The notes beneath the pieces are model-generated. The model made no database searches. It saw only the letters and a program-made list of their open reading frames with translations, and was not told the DNA's origin. The translations under genes and the position numbers were made by a program. A stretch of DNA of 62,876 nucleotides, the filler included, from Sphacelaria rigidula (Eukaryota), in NCBI GenBank assembly GCA_964200075.2. It is 7 parts of 7 records of this genome, joined end to end, with 100 filler letters (N's around TTAATTAATTAA, not from the genome) between each part and the next. Parts side by side here need not be neighbours in the genome. Positions count along the whole stretch, not along the records: positions 53,982 to 62,876 come from CAXNAA020009810.1; 6 more parts are not named here. One strand, 5' to 3'. Below are positions 62,630-62,876 of the stretch, piece after piece. Every line of letters begins with the position of its first letter. Position 1 is the first letter of the stretch.

Positions 62630-62876
62630 AAGCCGGGACGGAGTACGCCGGGTTTTCGCCGGACCAGGCGGGGGCTATGAAGTAGCACAGTCAACAGGGG
62701 GGCGTACTCATTTGTTGCTTGCCTTAGTCGCTTGACCATTGACCACGTATCCCTTTCGAGACGGAGCACCGCACAGCAACAGGGGGGAGGGGGTGGGTAC
62801 TTATTTGTTGCTTCCCTTAGTGGTCAATCCTTATTAGCCTGGTCCGGCGAGAACCCGGCGTGCTCCGTCCCGGCTT
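62630..62876. mobile_element. MITE with ~40-bp TIR, containing two nested LINE 3'-end copies (62697-62770 and ~62782-62827, minus strand)
   Basis: aagccgggacggagtacgccgggttttcgccggaccaggc and its reverse complement at the window end; nested TSD gcacag(t)caacagggggg. Confidence 0.88.

Overview
This window is not one locus. It is seven unrelated ~8.9 kb contigs (1-8898, 8999-17896, 17997-26893, 26994-35890, 35991-44886, 44987-53881, 53982-62876), sorted by length and joined by artificial 100-nt N/TTAATTAATTAA linkers. The DNA is eukaryotic, intron-rich and dominated by transposons. TTAGGG repeats, the style of the copia gag and the intron structure suggest a stramenopile, probably a brown alga (inference). 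Host gene fragments are: the last two exons of a DEAH-box helicase, several exons of an EML-like WD40 protein, and the 3' exons of a possible DEG/ENaC-like membrane protein. The rest is decayed RTE-like LINEs, two copia elements, one gypsy element, a tRNA-derived SINE, many nested MITEs and possible KDZ/Ulp1 transposon relics. The most striking observation is a LINE family that ends in a ~70-nt foldable 3' module plus a poly(C), not poly(A), tail. Its short copies sit between target-site duplications that begin with a C-run, a C/G mirror image of L1's A/T-based target-primed insertion.
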